DNA of 64,000 nt, taken from positions 288,001-352,000 of the forward strand of contig CAVQRZ010000001.1 in the NCBI GenBank assembly GCA_963715335.1, in the 5' to 3' direction. Source of the DNA: an uncultured delta proteobacterium (GTDB lineage: Bacteria > Desulfobacterota > Desulfuromonadia > Desulfuromonadales > BM103). Numbering within the stretch: position 1 is the first letter of the stretch; every line of letters starts with the position of its first letter. This document shows positions 36,017 to 46,278 of the stretch, in pieces. A program made the position numbers and the translations under genes. The notes beneath the pieces were generated by a model, which searched no databases, had not been told where the DNA came from, and saw nothing but the letters and a program-made list of their open reading frames with translations.

Positions 36017-36427
36017 TTAATGTTCATGATAGCCGAGAACCACCAGCAGACAGCTGCCGTCGGCGATCACGTTGAGCCCGGCGGCTTTCGCTGTGGCAAC
36101 TGCCGCCGCACTTTCAGCCCCCGGTTGCATCCAGAGGTTCTTGATCCCCCTGGCAACCGCCTGTTCGACGACCTTCTCCGTCACCTGCGGCGGGGTGATA
36201 ATCGAGATGCTGCTGACATGTTCCGGTAACTCCCTCACAGAAGCAACGCAGGCAAGTCCTTCAATCTCTTTTTCCACCGGATTGACCGGAATCACCTTGC
36301 GCCGGTTCTGCTGATAACAACGCAGCACCTTGTTGCCGTATTTATGTGGCTTGCTCGATGCGCCAACGACACCGAAGCTGTCAGCGCCGAGAAAAGTGTC
36401 GATTCGTTCAACGATGGTCATGGCCAT
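36017..36427 (-). CDS. CoA-binding protein (YccU-like)
   Basis: VVGASSKPHKYG, PVNP and WMQPGAES motifs. Confidence 0.88.
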   Translation of the reverse strand: MAMTIVERIDTFLGADSFGVVGASSKPHKYGNKVLRCYQQNRRKVIPVNPVEKEIEGLACVASVRELPEHVSSISIITPPQVTEKVVEQAVARGIKNLWMQPGAESAAAVATAKAAGLNVIADGSCLLVVLGYHEH

Positions 36428-36507
36428 TCTCCTCATCATAATCCTGCCGCAAGAGTTGCATGGAAACAGGTTATTGCCTGGAGGTATTATAACTTAATTA
36501 GTCGTCT

Positions 36508-37926
36508 TCAGGGAAGAACGCTTCGGATCAGATCGAAGAGCGGTCCAGGGAAGAGCCCAAGCACCAGGACGGCCGAGGAGCAGACGGCGAGAACCGCGTG
36601 CTCGTAGACAGAGCCCTGGTGCCAACGGGAAGCCTGCTCGTCCGGCTGGAAGAGCAGCATTGTGACGCGCAGATAGAACGCGAAAGAGATCACCGAGGCG
36701 AGGATACCGATCAGCAGCAGGCCGATATAGCCGGACTGCAGCGCCGCCTGGAACACCGCGAATTTCGCCATGAACCCGGCCGTGGCCGGCAGGCCGGCCA
36801 GCGACAGGAGCAGCAACACCAGGACACCGCAGCGCACCGGATGCCGGTAACCAAGGCCGCGCCACTGGTCGAAAGACACCGGCTCGCCACGACCGTCGGC
36901 AAGCGATGCGATCACGGCAAAGGCTCCCAGGCTGGTGAACACATAGACCACAACGTAGAAGGTTGTTGCCGCGAACCCTTCTGTGGTCTGGCAAAGCACA
37001 CCGACCAGCAGGGTCCCCATATGGGTGACCGAGGAATAGGCAAGCAGGCGCTTGAGGTTGGTCTGGCCGAGCGCGCCAAAGGCACCAGCCAGCATGGTCA
37101 GGGCCGCGAGCAACCAAACCAGGTCCGTCAGGTCGTTCCAGACCGGTCCAGACATCGCCAGCAGGCCGACCAGGGCGGCAACCACGGCGCCCTTGGAGCC
37201 GGTGGCCAGCAGGCCGGTGACCGGTGCCGGGGCTCCCTGGTAGACATCTGGGGTCCAGAGATGGAACGGTGCCAGGGAGATCTTGAAGCCAACCGCGACC
37301 AGGATCATGCCCCAACCAAGCAGGCCCCAGGCCTGCAGCTCGCCGGTCTCCGCCGACAGGCGCACAACCGCGTCCGGCAGGGCCAGGGAACCGGAGGCGG
37401 CATAGATCAGGGCGATGCCGAAGGCCATGAACCCGGTCGCCACAGCTCCCAGCAGCAGGTACTTGAGCCCGGCCTCGGCGGCCATGGCGCAACCCCGGTT
37501 GCTGGCGATCAGAATATAGAACGCCAGGGTGAAGGCCTCCAGGGCGATGAACAGGCCAACCAGGTGCGTCGCGGCAGAAAGCAGCGCCATACCGGCAGCG
37601 GCATACAGAACCAGCGAGGTATATTCACCGGCCCCGATGCGCTTTTCTACGACGTAGCGGCTCCCCACCATCAGGCCTGCGGCAGCCAGCAGCGACCAGA
37701 GGATCGTGTAAAACCGGGCGTAGCCCCCGGCGCTGAAGAGCCCGGCTATCTCCGGGACGGACGGTGAGACCAGGCCGGCGGAGAGGGCCGCCAGCAGCGC
37801 GGTGACCACACCGCCGGCCAGCAGAGGCAGCGGCTCACGGTACCAGGCTCCGGCCATCAGGATGGCCGTTGCACCGAAGGCCAGAATCAAGATTGGCAGA
37901 AGCGCGTGCAGCTCTGGCAGGTTCAT
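36508..37926 (-). CDS. nuoN: NADH-quinone oxidoreductase subunit N
   Basis: EAGLKYLLLG and FKISLAPFHLWTPDVYQGAP; last gene of the operon. Confidence 0.93.
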   Translation of the reverse strand: MNLPELHALLPILILAFGATAILMAGAWYREPLPLLAGGVVTALLAALSAGLVSPSVPEIAGLFSAGGYARFYTILWSLLAAAGLMVGSRYVVEKRIGAGEYTSLVLYAAAGMALLSAATHLVGLFIALEAFTLAFYILIASNRGCAMAAEAGLKYLLLGAVATGFMAFGIALIYAASGSLALPDAVVRLSAETGELQAWGLLGWGMILVAVGFKISLAPFHLWTPDVYQGAPAPVTGLLATGSKGAVVAALVGLLAMSGPVWNDLTDLVWLLAALTMLAGAFGALGQTNLKRLLAYSSVTHMGTLLVGVLCQTTEGFAATTFYVVVYVFTSLGAFAVIASLADGRGEPVSFDQWRGLGYRHPVRCGVLVLLLLSLAGLPATAGFMAKFAVFQAALQSGYIGLLLIGILASVISFAFYLRVTMLLFQPDEQASRWHQGSVYEHAVLAVCSSAVLVLGLFPGPLFDLIRSVLP

Positions 37927-39413
37927 GGCAGACCTCCCGCCAGGATCATCGCGACGACACCGTGCAGCGGTGCCAGGAACGGTTCAGGGTAAAGGCCGAG
38001 CCAGACCACCAGGATCGCCATCGGCAGCAGCATCAGCCACTCACGCAAGCTCAGGTCCGGCATGCTGCGTTCGGTTTTGGCCGGGCCCCAGACGACTCCC
38101 TGCACCAGGCGCAGCATGTAAGCGGCGGCAAACACCACGCCGAGCAGCGCGACAACCGCCCAGACCGGATGTTCCTGGAAGGTACCGAGCAGGACCAGGA
38201 TCTCGCCGGCGAAGTTGGCCAACCCCGGCATGCCGAGCGAGGCCAGCGCGAAGAGCAGGAAGAGCGCGGCCAGGCAGGGCGCCTGTCCCCAGAGCCCACC
38301 CAGCTCCTGCATGCTGCGGGTGCCGGTGCGTTCACGGATCAGCGCCACCAGCACAAACAGGGCGCCGGTGGTGATGCCGTGGGTAACCATCAGCAGGATG
38401 CTGCCTTCCCAGGCGGTCAGTTGCCAGGCTGCCAGACCAAGCACCACCAGGCCAAGGTGGGAAATCGACGAGTAGGCCAGCAGGCGTTTGATGTCGTCCT
38501 GGTGATAAGCGCACCAGGCGGCGTGGAACAGTCCGGCCAGAGCCAGGACACCAAGGATCGGCAGGAAGCTGGCCGTGGCCGTGGGGAACAGCGGGAAGGC
38601 GACACGGATCAGGCCGTAGATGCCGGTCTTGAGCAGCAGGCCGGTCAGGTCCAGGGAACCGGCGGCCGGCGCCTCGGTTAAGGCGTCGGTCAGCCAGGTA
38701 TGAAATGGCACCAGCGGCGACTTGACGATAAAGGCCGCCAGGAATCCGGCGAACAGCCAGCCCTCCTGGGCCGCAGTCAACTGCGTTTTCAGCAGATCGC
38801 CGATGACAAAGGTATAGGCGCCGGTCTGGGCCCCGTTTATCTGGTAGAGCGCGATGATCGCCACCAGCATGCAGAGACTGCCGACCAGGGTGTAGAGGAA
38901 GAATTTGATCGCGGCGCTGCGGCGCTGCTCACCGCCCCAGACGCTGATCAGGAAAAACATCGGGATCAGTGCGACTTCCCAGAACAGGTAGAAAAGCACC
39001 AGGTCGTAGGCGAGGAAGATCCCCATCAGGCCGCTTTCCAGGAGCAGCAGCAGGGCGAAGAAGCTGCCGGCGTGCCGTTCGACGCGCCAGGCCAGCAGGA
39101 TGGCGGAGATCTGCATGAAGGCGGTGAGCAGAACCATCAGCAAGGCGATGCCGTCCATCGCCAGGACGTAGCGGATGCCGTACGCCGGAACCCAGCTGAC
39201 ATCCTCGTAGAGCAGCCAGCGCTCGCTGCCCTGGCCGTGGCAGACAAACAGGTAGAGGGCGACGCCGAAGGTGGCCAGTGCGGTCGCCAGCGCCAGGCCG
39301 CGGCAGTCGGCCGGCCGCTTGCCGTGCAACAGGCAGAGCAGGGCGCCGCCGAGCGGCAGCATGATCAGCAGGCTCATCCAGGGGAATTGCGGGAGGCCGG
39401 TCATCACGCTCAT
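37923..39413 (-). CDS. nuoM: NADH-quinone oxidoreductase subunit M
   Basis: FYLFWE, KFFLYT, PFHTWL and PGLANFAGE; ATG overlaps the nuoL TGA. Confidence 0.93.
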   Translation of the reverse strand: MSVMTGLPQFPWMSLLIMLPLGGALLCLLHGKRPADCRGLALATALATFGVALYLFVCHGQGSERWLLYEDVSWVPAYGIRYVLAMDGIALLMVLLTAFMQISAILLAWRVERHAGSFFALLLLLESGLMGIFLAYDLVLFYLFWEVALIPMFFLISVWGGEQRRSAAIKFFLYTLVGSLCMLVAIIALYQINGAQTGAYTFVIGDLLKTQLTAAQEGWLFAGFLAAFIVKSPLVPFHTWLTDALTEAPAAGSLDLTGLLLKTGIYGLIRVAFPLFPTATASFLPILGVLALAGLFHAAWCAYHQDDIKRLLAYSSISHLGLVVLGLAAWQLTAWEGSILLMVTHGITTGALFVLVALIRERTGTRSMQELGGLWGQAPCLAALFLLFALASLGMPGLANFAGEILVLLGTFQEHPVWAVVALLGVVFAAAYMLRLVQGVVWGPAKTERSMPDLSLREWLMLLPMAILVVWLGLYPEPFLAPLHGVVAMILAGGLP

Positions 39414-41293
39414 CAGTGCCCTCCCCCGTTGACCAGTTTCAGCAGGAACCAGCCGAGCAGAACCAGAAAGCCCCAGGCAAATGCGGACAGGTAGGTCGTC
39501 GCGCGCCCGGTTGCCAGCTGCACCAGCATGGCGCTGCAACGGCTGGCCATCTTCGCCAGCCCCTCGATAGTACCATCGAAGAGGGACCGGTCACAGCCGC
39601 TGGAGCAGAACCGCGCCATCGCCGTGAAAGGTCTGACGAACAGGCGGTCGACCAGGGCGTCTGCCTGCCAGCCGTTGAGCAGGAACCGGCTGACCCGATT
39701 CTCTACCAAAGGCCGGTCGTTGCGATAACGCCAGTGCGCGGCAAACCAGCCGAGAGCGACCATTGCGCTCGCAAGCCCGGCCAGCAGCCACTCGGTGCCA
39801 TGACTGGCGGCCACAGCCCGACCGGCCAGCTCGCCGTACCAGTGATGCAGCATTTCATCACCGCCGACCAAAGCCGGCAGGTTCAGCATGCCGCCGCCCA
39901 GGCCGAGCAGGGCCAGCGGCCAGAGCGGCCAGCGCATCTGCAACGGGATGGCGTGCGCGTGACCGGTGCCGCGCCACTCGCCGGCAAACACCAGGTAGAC
40001 CAGGCGGAAAGTGTAGAACGCGGTCAAAAGAGCGGTCAAGACTCCGATCAGCCAGAAGACCCGGTAGGCCGGGTCCGGATGGGTAAACAGCGCCAGCAGG
40101 ATGCCGTCCTTGGAGAAGAACCCGCCGGTCAGCGGCAGCCCGGCCAGGCAGACGGCGGCGGCCAGGAACACCCAGAAGAGCTCCACCGGCCCACGTCGGG
40201 CCATGCCGCCCATCTTGTAAATGTCGTTTTCGTCGCCGGCCAGGTGGATCACGCAGCCAGCGGCCATGAAGAGGACCGCCTTGAAGAAGGCGTGGGTCAG
40301 CAGGTGGAACATCGCGCCGGTGACGGTGCCGGCGCCGACCGCCATGAACATGTAGCCGACCTGGCTCATCGTCGAATAGGCCAGTACGCGCTTGATCTCG
40401 CGCTGGGCCATGGCACAGGTCGCAGCGTAGAGTGCCGTCAGGGCGCCGATGGCGGTAATCGCCGTCATGCCCACGGCAGACAGCGAAACCAGGGGGAAGA
40501 GCCGGCAGAGCAGGTAGACACCGGCCGTGACCATGGTTGCGGCATGGATCAGGGCCGAAACCGGTGTCGGTCCGGCCATCGCATCGGCCAGCCAGGTCAT
40601 CAGCGGCAGCTGCGCCGACTTGCCGCAGGCACCGAGCAACAGGAGCAGGCTCAGGGCAATCACCACGCCCGGTGAGATCGAAGCCGCCTGGGCGTTGATC
40701 TCGCTGATGCTCAGGGTGCCGGTAACGGCGAACAGCCAGAGCAGGGCGATGCCGAGGAACACGTCACCGACCCGGGTAACCAGGAAGGCCTTGGTGCCGG
40801 CCTTGGCATTCTCCCGCTTGCGATACCAAAACCCGATCAGGCCGTAGGAGCACAGCCCTACGCCCTCCCAGCCGAGGAAAAGCACCAGCAGGTTGTCGGC
40901 CAGGATAATCGCCAGCATGGCAAAGACGAACAGGTTAAGCAGGCCGAAGAAGCGGGCATAATCGTCCTCTTCATGCATGTAACCGACAGCATAGAGATGG
41001 ATCAGGCTGGCCACCCCGGTCACCATCAAGGTCATCGGCGCCGCCAGGCGGTCAAAATTCAGGGCAAAGGAGACATCGACCGTACCGCTGTTGAGCCAGG
41101 TGAAGAGGACCACTCTGGTCCCTTCGCCCTCGGCGTACCCCCAAAACAGCAGGGTCAGCAGAAAAGCTCCAGCGACACCGGTTACAGCCATGATCTCGGC
41201 AAACAGGCGCGGCAGGCGCATGCCGAAAAGCATGTTGATGACTGCGCAACAGAGCGGCAGCAGAGGTATGAGGAAGAGTAGCGTCTCGCTCAT
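39413..41293 (-). CDS. nuoL: NADH-quinone oxidoreductase subunit L
   Basis: GKSAQLPL...AMAGPTPVSALIHAATMV and HAFFKA. Confidence 0.95.
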   Translation of the reverse strand: MSETLLFLIPLLPLCCAVINMLFGMRLPRLFAEIMAVTGVAGAFLLTLLFWGYAEGEGTRVVLFTWLNSGTVDVSFALNFDRLAAPMTLMVTGVASLIHLYAVGYMHEEDDYARFFGLLNLFVFAMLAIILADNLLVLFLGWEGVGLCSYGLIGFWYRKRENAKAGTKAFLVTRVGDVFLGIALLWLFAVTGTLSISEINAQAASISPGVVIALSLLLLLGACGKSAQLPLMTWLADAMAGPTPVSALIHAATMVTAGVYLLCRLFPLVSLSAVGMTAITAIGALTALYAATCAMAQREIKRVLAYSTMSQVGYMFMAVGAGTVTGAMFHLLTHAFFKAVLFMAAGCVIHLAGDENDIYKMGGMARRGPVELFWVFLAAAVCLAGLPLTGGFFSKDGILLALFTHPDPAYRVFWLIGVLTALLTAFYTFRLVYLVFAGEWRGTGHAHAIPLQMRWPLWPLALLGLGGGMLNLPALVGGDEMLHHWYGELAGRAVAASHGTEWLLAGLASAMVALGWFAAHWRYRNDRPLVENRVSRFLLNGWQADALVDRLFVRPFTAMARFCSSGCDRSLFDGTIEGLAKMASRCSAMLVQLATGRATTYLSAFAWGFLVLLGWFLLKLVNGGGH

Positions 41294-41591
41294 CCGGACA
41301 TCCCGTTGAATTCATCGGCGACCAGGGTCCGCTTGCGTCGCCACAGGTAAACCACCATAGCCAACGCCACGGCAACCTCTGCCGCGGTAATCGCCATGAG
41401 CAGAATCACGAACACCTGGCCGTCCACCTGCTGCCAGTAAGCCGAAGCGGCAACGAAGACCAGCGAAGCGGCATTCAGCATGATCTCCACACCGATCAGG
41501 ATCATGATGACCTGGCGGCGCAGCAGTACGCAGGTCAGGCCGAGGACAAAGAGCGCCGCGGCAAAGCTTAAGGCGTGGCCGAAGGGAATCA

Positions 41592-41595
<4 letters not shown>
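41290..41595 (-). CDS. nuoK: NADH-quinone oxidoreductase subunit K
   Basis: EIMLNA and AAEVAVALA. Confidence 0.93.
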
Positions 41596-42098
<503 letters not shown>

Positions 42099-42110
42099 GT
42101 TTAAACTCTT

Positions 42111-42179
42111 GTATCCAGTATTCAGAATTCTGTATTCAGAAGATTTTATTCTGGCTCCTGAATACTGGATACTGAATAC
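42111..42179. repeat. Inverted array of heptamer repeats (GTATTCA/TGAATAC) in the nuoI-nuoJ spacer
   Basis: GTATCCA GTATTCA GAATTCT GTATTCA ... TGAATAC TGGATAC TGAATAC. Confidence 0.85.
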
Positions 42180-42188
42180 CCGTGTTAT

Positions 42189-42719
42189 CTACGGCAGTAA
42201 CGATTTCGGGTCCACCGGCCCGTGTTCCTCTTCACCTTCTCCGCGTTTCTGCGCTACGCCGATTCCCGAATGTTTGTAGAAATTGTATTCCGTGTCCTTG
42301 CCGCCGCCGTCGATCAGCAGGTCCGCTTTTTCGTAGACCAGGTTCAAAACTTCGCGGTTGCAGATCTCGTAGTCCGGCGTGGTCTGGATTGCCAGGGTCG
42401 GACAGGCCTCGGTGCAGAGCCCGCAAAAGATACACCGCGAAAAATTGATCCGGAACCAGGCCGCATAGCGGCGACCGTCCTCGGCCTCTGCCGCCTGCAT
42501 CGAGATGCAGTCAACCGGGCAGGCGGCGCTGCACAGCTGGCAAGCGACGCAGCGCTCGCCACCGTCCGGGTCGCGGGTCAGCACGAGGCGTGCCCGGTAG
42601 CGCGGCGGCGGCGTGCGCTTTTGTTCCGGGTACTGGATCGTCACCGGCTTCTTGAAGAGATAGCCGAGGGTAATCCAGAACGGTTGCAGGGTTCCTTTTA
42701 TGTCACGCCAGAGATTCAT
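42189..42719 (-). CDS. nuoI: NADH-quinone oxidoreductase subunit I
   Basis: Two CxxCxxCxxxCP ferredoxin motifs and TIQYPE. Confidence 0.95.
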   Translation of the reverse strand: MNLWRDIKGTLQPFWITLGYLFKKPVTIQYPEQKRTPPPRYRARLVLTRDPDGGERCVACQLCSAACPVDCISMQAAEAEDGRRYAAWFRINFSRCIFCGLCTEACPTLAIQTTPDYEICNREVLNLVYEKADLLIDGGGKDTEYNFYKHSGIGVAQKRGEGEEEHGPVDPKSLLP

Positions 42720-42731
42720 GATTTAAAACCC

Positions 42732-42800
42732 GTACCAGGTATTCAGTATCAAGTATTCGGAAGAAACCCTTCTGAATTCTGGATACTGGATTCCGAATTC
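42732..42800. repeat. Inverted array of heptamer repeats in the nuoH-nuoI spacer
   Basis: GTATTCA GTATCAA GTATTCG ... TGAATTC TGGATAC TGGATTC CGAATTC. Confidence 0.85.
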
Positions 42801-42804
42801 CTTT

Positions 42805-43800
42805 TCAGCCATTCAGCGCCAACCTTATCGCCCCGCTCACCACCACGTTAAGCAGCGCCAGCGGAATCAACACCTTCCAGCCGAAGTGCATAAGCTGATC
42901 GTAACGCGGTCTCGGCATGCTGCCGCGCATCCAGATAAAGACAAAGGCGACGAACAGCACCTTCATGATGAACCAGATCACCGGCGGCAGGAACGGCCCA
43001 TGCCAGCCACCGAGGAAAAACACCGTGGTCATGGCGCCGATGACGATCAGGTTGATATATTCACCGACGAAAAAGAGGCCGAACCGCATGCCGGAATATT
43101 CTGTGTGGAACCCGGCAACGATCTCGTTCTCCGCCTCTGGCATATCGAACGGCGTCCGCTTCGATTCCGCAGTGACGCTGATCATGAAGATAATAAAGGC
43201 CAGCGGATGCTGCAGCAGGTTCGGCCAGGTCGACTGGGCCATGACGATCTCGGTCAGCGAAAAAGATTTCGCGCTCATCACCACCGGCACCAGCGCCAGG
43301 CCGAGGGCCAGCTCGTAGGACAGCAACTGCGCCAGGCCGCGCATGGCGCCGAGCAGGGAATATTTCGAATTTGAGGCCCAGCCACCGAGCACCACCCCGT
43401 AGACGGCCAGCGAAGAGAGCCCGAAGATGTAAAGCAGGCCGATATTCAGGTCGCAGACCACCATCGGGATTTCGCGACCGAACAGGGTCAGGGGCGGTGC
43501 GAAAGGCACCACGGCAAAACTGAGCAGGGCGGTCAGGGCGGTCAATCCGGGAGCAAACAGGAACACCCACTTGTCGGCCCGGTCGGGGACAAAATCCTCC
43601 TTGGTGAGCAGCTTGATGACGTCACACAGCGGCTGGAACATGCCGCCGGGACCGATCCGGTTCGGCCCGTAGCGCAGCTGCATGCGACCAAGGATCTTGC
43701 GCTCGGCCAGCACCAGGTAGGCCGCCATGGAAAGGACCACGCCGAAGATCAGGCCAAGCTTGACCAGGATCAAGGCCAAACTGATGAACATCTCATTCAT
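42805..43800 (-). CDS. nuoH: NADH-quinone oxidoreductase subunit H
   Basis: ERKILGRMQLRYGPNR, PFDMPEAE and RPRYDQLM. Confidence 0.95.
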   Translation of the reverse strand: MNEMFISLALILVKLGLIFGVVLSMAAYLVLAERKILGRMQLRYGPNRIGPGGMFQPLCDVIKLLTKEDFVPDRADKWVFLFAPGLTALTALLSFAVVPFAPPLTLFGREIPMVVCDLNIGLLYIFGLSSLAVYGVVLGGWASNSKYSLLGAMRGLAQLLSYELALGLALVPVVMSAKSFSLTEIVMAQSTWPNLLQHPLAFIIFMISVTAESKRTPFDMPEAENEIVAGFHTEYSGMRFGLFFVGEYINLIVIGAMTTVFFLGGWHGPFLPPVIWFIMKVLFVAFVFIWMRGSMPRPRYDQLMHFGWKVLIPLALLNVVVSGAIRLALNG

Positions 43801-46196
43801 GCCTTGGCCTCCCTGTCCAGACGGCACTCACAGCTGCTGCCGGGCACCATCCCTTCGAGGGCGGTGTTCCAGAGCTGCGGGGCCAGAACCTGATCCTCAA
43901 CCATGCCCGGCTTGACTTGGACGACAACCGTGCAGTGGCCGAAATGAGTTGTCAGGCGAGCCCGGTCGCCTTCTGCCAGTCCCAGCCGGTCCGCCAGGTC
44001 CGGGTGCAGGAGAACGTAGGGCTTCGGTGCCGTTGCCGCCAGCGGCGCAGAAAGGTGTGCCAGCCAGTGCGAACCGAGCCGGTCCGGGATCGCCAGCAGG
44101 GTCAGGGCATCCGTTGCCGCATGCTGCAGGCCCTGCTCGGCAGCCGGGGGCAGAGGTCCGCTCAAAGGCACTCGCTCGCCTGCGGTTTCGGCTGCAAGCA
44201 TTGCCAATGCCGCAAACCTCGCATCGGTCTGCGCAATGGTCTTCCTTACCGCGGCGAGCTCAGTTGCGCGGCCAAGCAGGGCGGCCAGCAGCCACCAATC
44301 CGCCCCGGGGGTCGAACCGGGCGTCTGCTGGAAAAATTCGCGTGGCGGATGACCGCCCTGGCCCGTTTCGCGGATCGGCGCGCCCGGATCAATCACCGGC
44401 AGAAAAGCCTGCAGGCGGCCTTCGTTGCTGACATAGCTGCCAGCCATCTCGGCGTTGGCCCGTGCCGGCAGGAAAACATCGGCACGCTGGGCCGCCAGGG
44501 ACGGAGTGGCGTCGATGCTGACCAGAAGTTCCAGGTGACCGAGGGCGCTCTGCGCCCGCGACGGGTCCATTGCTTCACAGAAAGGGTCGCTGGACAGACA
44601 GACCAGGGCCTTGACCGCGCCTTCCTGAATCGCATCGAGCAGCGAATCGAAAAGGGGGCCGTCGCCAGCCAGCAGAGCACCGCCCAGGCTGTTCGGCCCC
44701 GCCAGCAGGGTGATCACACCGACCTGGCGCTGGTCCGATGACCGGTTTTGTGCCGCCGAACAGAGCGCGTCAACTCCGTCACCACCCAGCAGATCAGCGC
44801 CGCCGATCAGGACCGGTCGCTCGGCCTGCTCCAATTGTTCAAGCAACTCGGCCACGTCCTGTTTTGCCTGGTCTTTAAAGGCGCCGGTATCATTTTGCGC
44901 GATGGCCTGCAAAAGCTCCGGCAGGCGCTTCGCAGTCAGAGTCAGGCGCCTGGCCTTGCAGGGCAGTTCCACCGGCCGCGGGTCAATCACTATCACCTTG
45001 CCGCCGTTCCGGACGGCCTGGCGCAGGGCCAGAGCAAGCACCGGGCCCTCGGCCAGGGGATCGACACCGACCAGGATCGCCAGGTCGCTTTGGCGCAGCT
45101 CTGCAAGGCTGCGCGCAGCTTTGCCAAGTCGGGCGGACAGGGTGCGTGCGGCACGATCCCGCTCCCGGTGAGCCTCGTAAACCAGCCGGCCTGAGCCGGT
45201 CGTCGCAGCCCATTCTCGCAACAGGGCGTTGGCCTCGAAAGAGGCACGGGACGACCCGAGGAAGGCGACGCTGTCCGAACCATGTGTTTCGGCGATCGCG
45301 GCAACCTTTTGCCGGGCTGCGATCAACGCTTCCTCAACAGCAACCGACTGACCGTCGACACGGGCCTGGCGCGGACGCTCGGGATGATTGACGTGATCGT
45401 AGCCGAACCGGCCCCGGTCACAGATGAAAAAGCCGTTGGTTTCGCGGTTGATTCCCGCCCGGACCCGTTGCACTTCACGGTAACGCCCGCCCGGTACGGT
45501 GGCGCAGCCAAGGCTGCAGTGTGGGCAGATCGACGGCGCCTCCTGGAGATCCCAGAGCCGTGTCTTGAAGCGGAACGGCTTGCTGGTCAGCACCCCGGTC
45601 GGACAGACGTCGATGATGTTGCCGGAGAAGGGGCTCTCCAGCTTGCCGCTCTGGAGGCGACCATAAAAGACCCGGTTGCGCGAGCCGAAGACGCCGTAGT
45701 CGGTCCCACCACAATAGTCACGGTAGGTGCGCACGCAGCGGTAACAGGTAATGCAACGATTCATCTCCTGCTGCACGAAAGGGCCAAGATTTTGGTTGGT
45801 AAAAGTCGACTTCTTGCCGCGGTAGCGGCGCATACCGTGACCACCTGCAACCGTCATCTCCTGCAGCTGGCATTCACCGCCTTCGTCGCAGACCGGACAA
45901 TCGTGGGGGTGGTTGGTCATCGCCCACTCGATGACATGTTCGCGCAACTCCACCGCGGCCGGATCCGTGGACGAGACCACCATGCCGTCCTGGGCCTTGA
46001 CCATGCACGCCATTTGCAGCCCCTTGACCGGACCCTCGAGGAACGTCATGGCACAGAGACGACAGGAGCCGACTGCTCCCAGCGCTTCGTGGTAACAGAA
46101 GTGCGGGATAACGATATCAAGCGCACGCGCCGCCTCGAGGACATTGGTCCCCTCGGGCACGGTCACTTCAAGATTGTCGATGGTCAGTTTCGGCAT
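43797..46196 (-). CDS. nuoG: NADH-quinone oxidoreductase subunit G
   Basis: IPHFCYH, HPHDCPVCDEGGEC, CITCYRC and the extra CPHCSLGC...C (N7-type) motif. Confidence 0.95.
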   Translation of the reverse strand: MPKLTIDNLEVTVPEGTNVLEAARALDIVIPHFCYHEALGAVGSCRLCAMTFLEGPVKGLQMACMVKAQDGMVVSSTDPAAVELREHVIEWAMTNHPHDCPVCDEGGECQLQEMTVAGGHGMRRYRGKKSTFTNQNLGPFVQQEMNRCITCYRCVRTYRDYCGGTDYGVFGSRNRVFYGRLQSGKLESPFSGNIIDVCPTGVLTSKPFRFKTRLWDLQEAPSICPHCSLGCATVPGGRYREVQRVRAGINRETNGFFICDRGRFGYDHVNHPERPRQARVDGQSVAVEEALIAARQKVAAIAETHGSDSVAFLGSSRASFEANALLREWAATTGSGRLVYEAHRERDRAARTLSARLGKAARSLAELRQSDLAILVGVDPLAEGPVLALALRQAVRNGGKVIVIDPRPVELPCKARRLTLTAKRLPELLQAIAQNDTGAFKDQAKQDVAELLEQLEQAERPVLIGGADLLGGDGVDALCSAAQNRSSDQRQVGVITLLAGPNSLGGALLAGDGPLFDSLLDAIQEGAVKALVCLSSDPFCEAMDPSRAQSALGHLELLVSIDATPSLAAQRADVFLPARANAEMAGSYVSNEGRLQAFLPVIDPGAPIRETGQGGHPPREFFQQTPGSTPGADWWLLAALLGRATELAAVRKTIAQTDARFAALAMLAAETAGERVPLSGPLPPAAEQGLQHAATDALTLLAIPDRLGSHWLAHLSAPLAATAPKPYVLLHPDLADRLGLAEGDRARLTTHFGHCTVVVQVKPGMVEDQVLAPQLWNTALEGMVPGSSCECRLDREAKA

Positions 46197-46204
46197 AAAT
46201 TCAG

Positions 46205-46278
46205 TTGCTGGTGGCTAGGGGTTGGAGACTGGCAAAAGCTATGAATATTTCTAGCCTCTAGCCTCCAGACCCCAGCTA
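46205..46278. repeat. Inverted array of heptamer repeats (CTAGCCT-like) in the nuoF-nuoG spacer
   Basis: TGGCTAG GGGTTGG AGACTGG ... CTAGCCT CTAGCCT CCAGACC CCAGCTA. Confidence 0.75.
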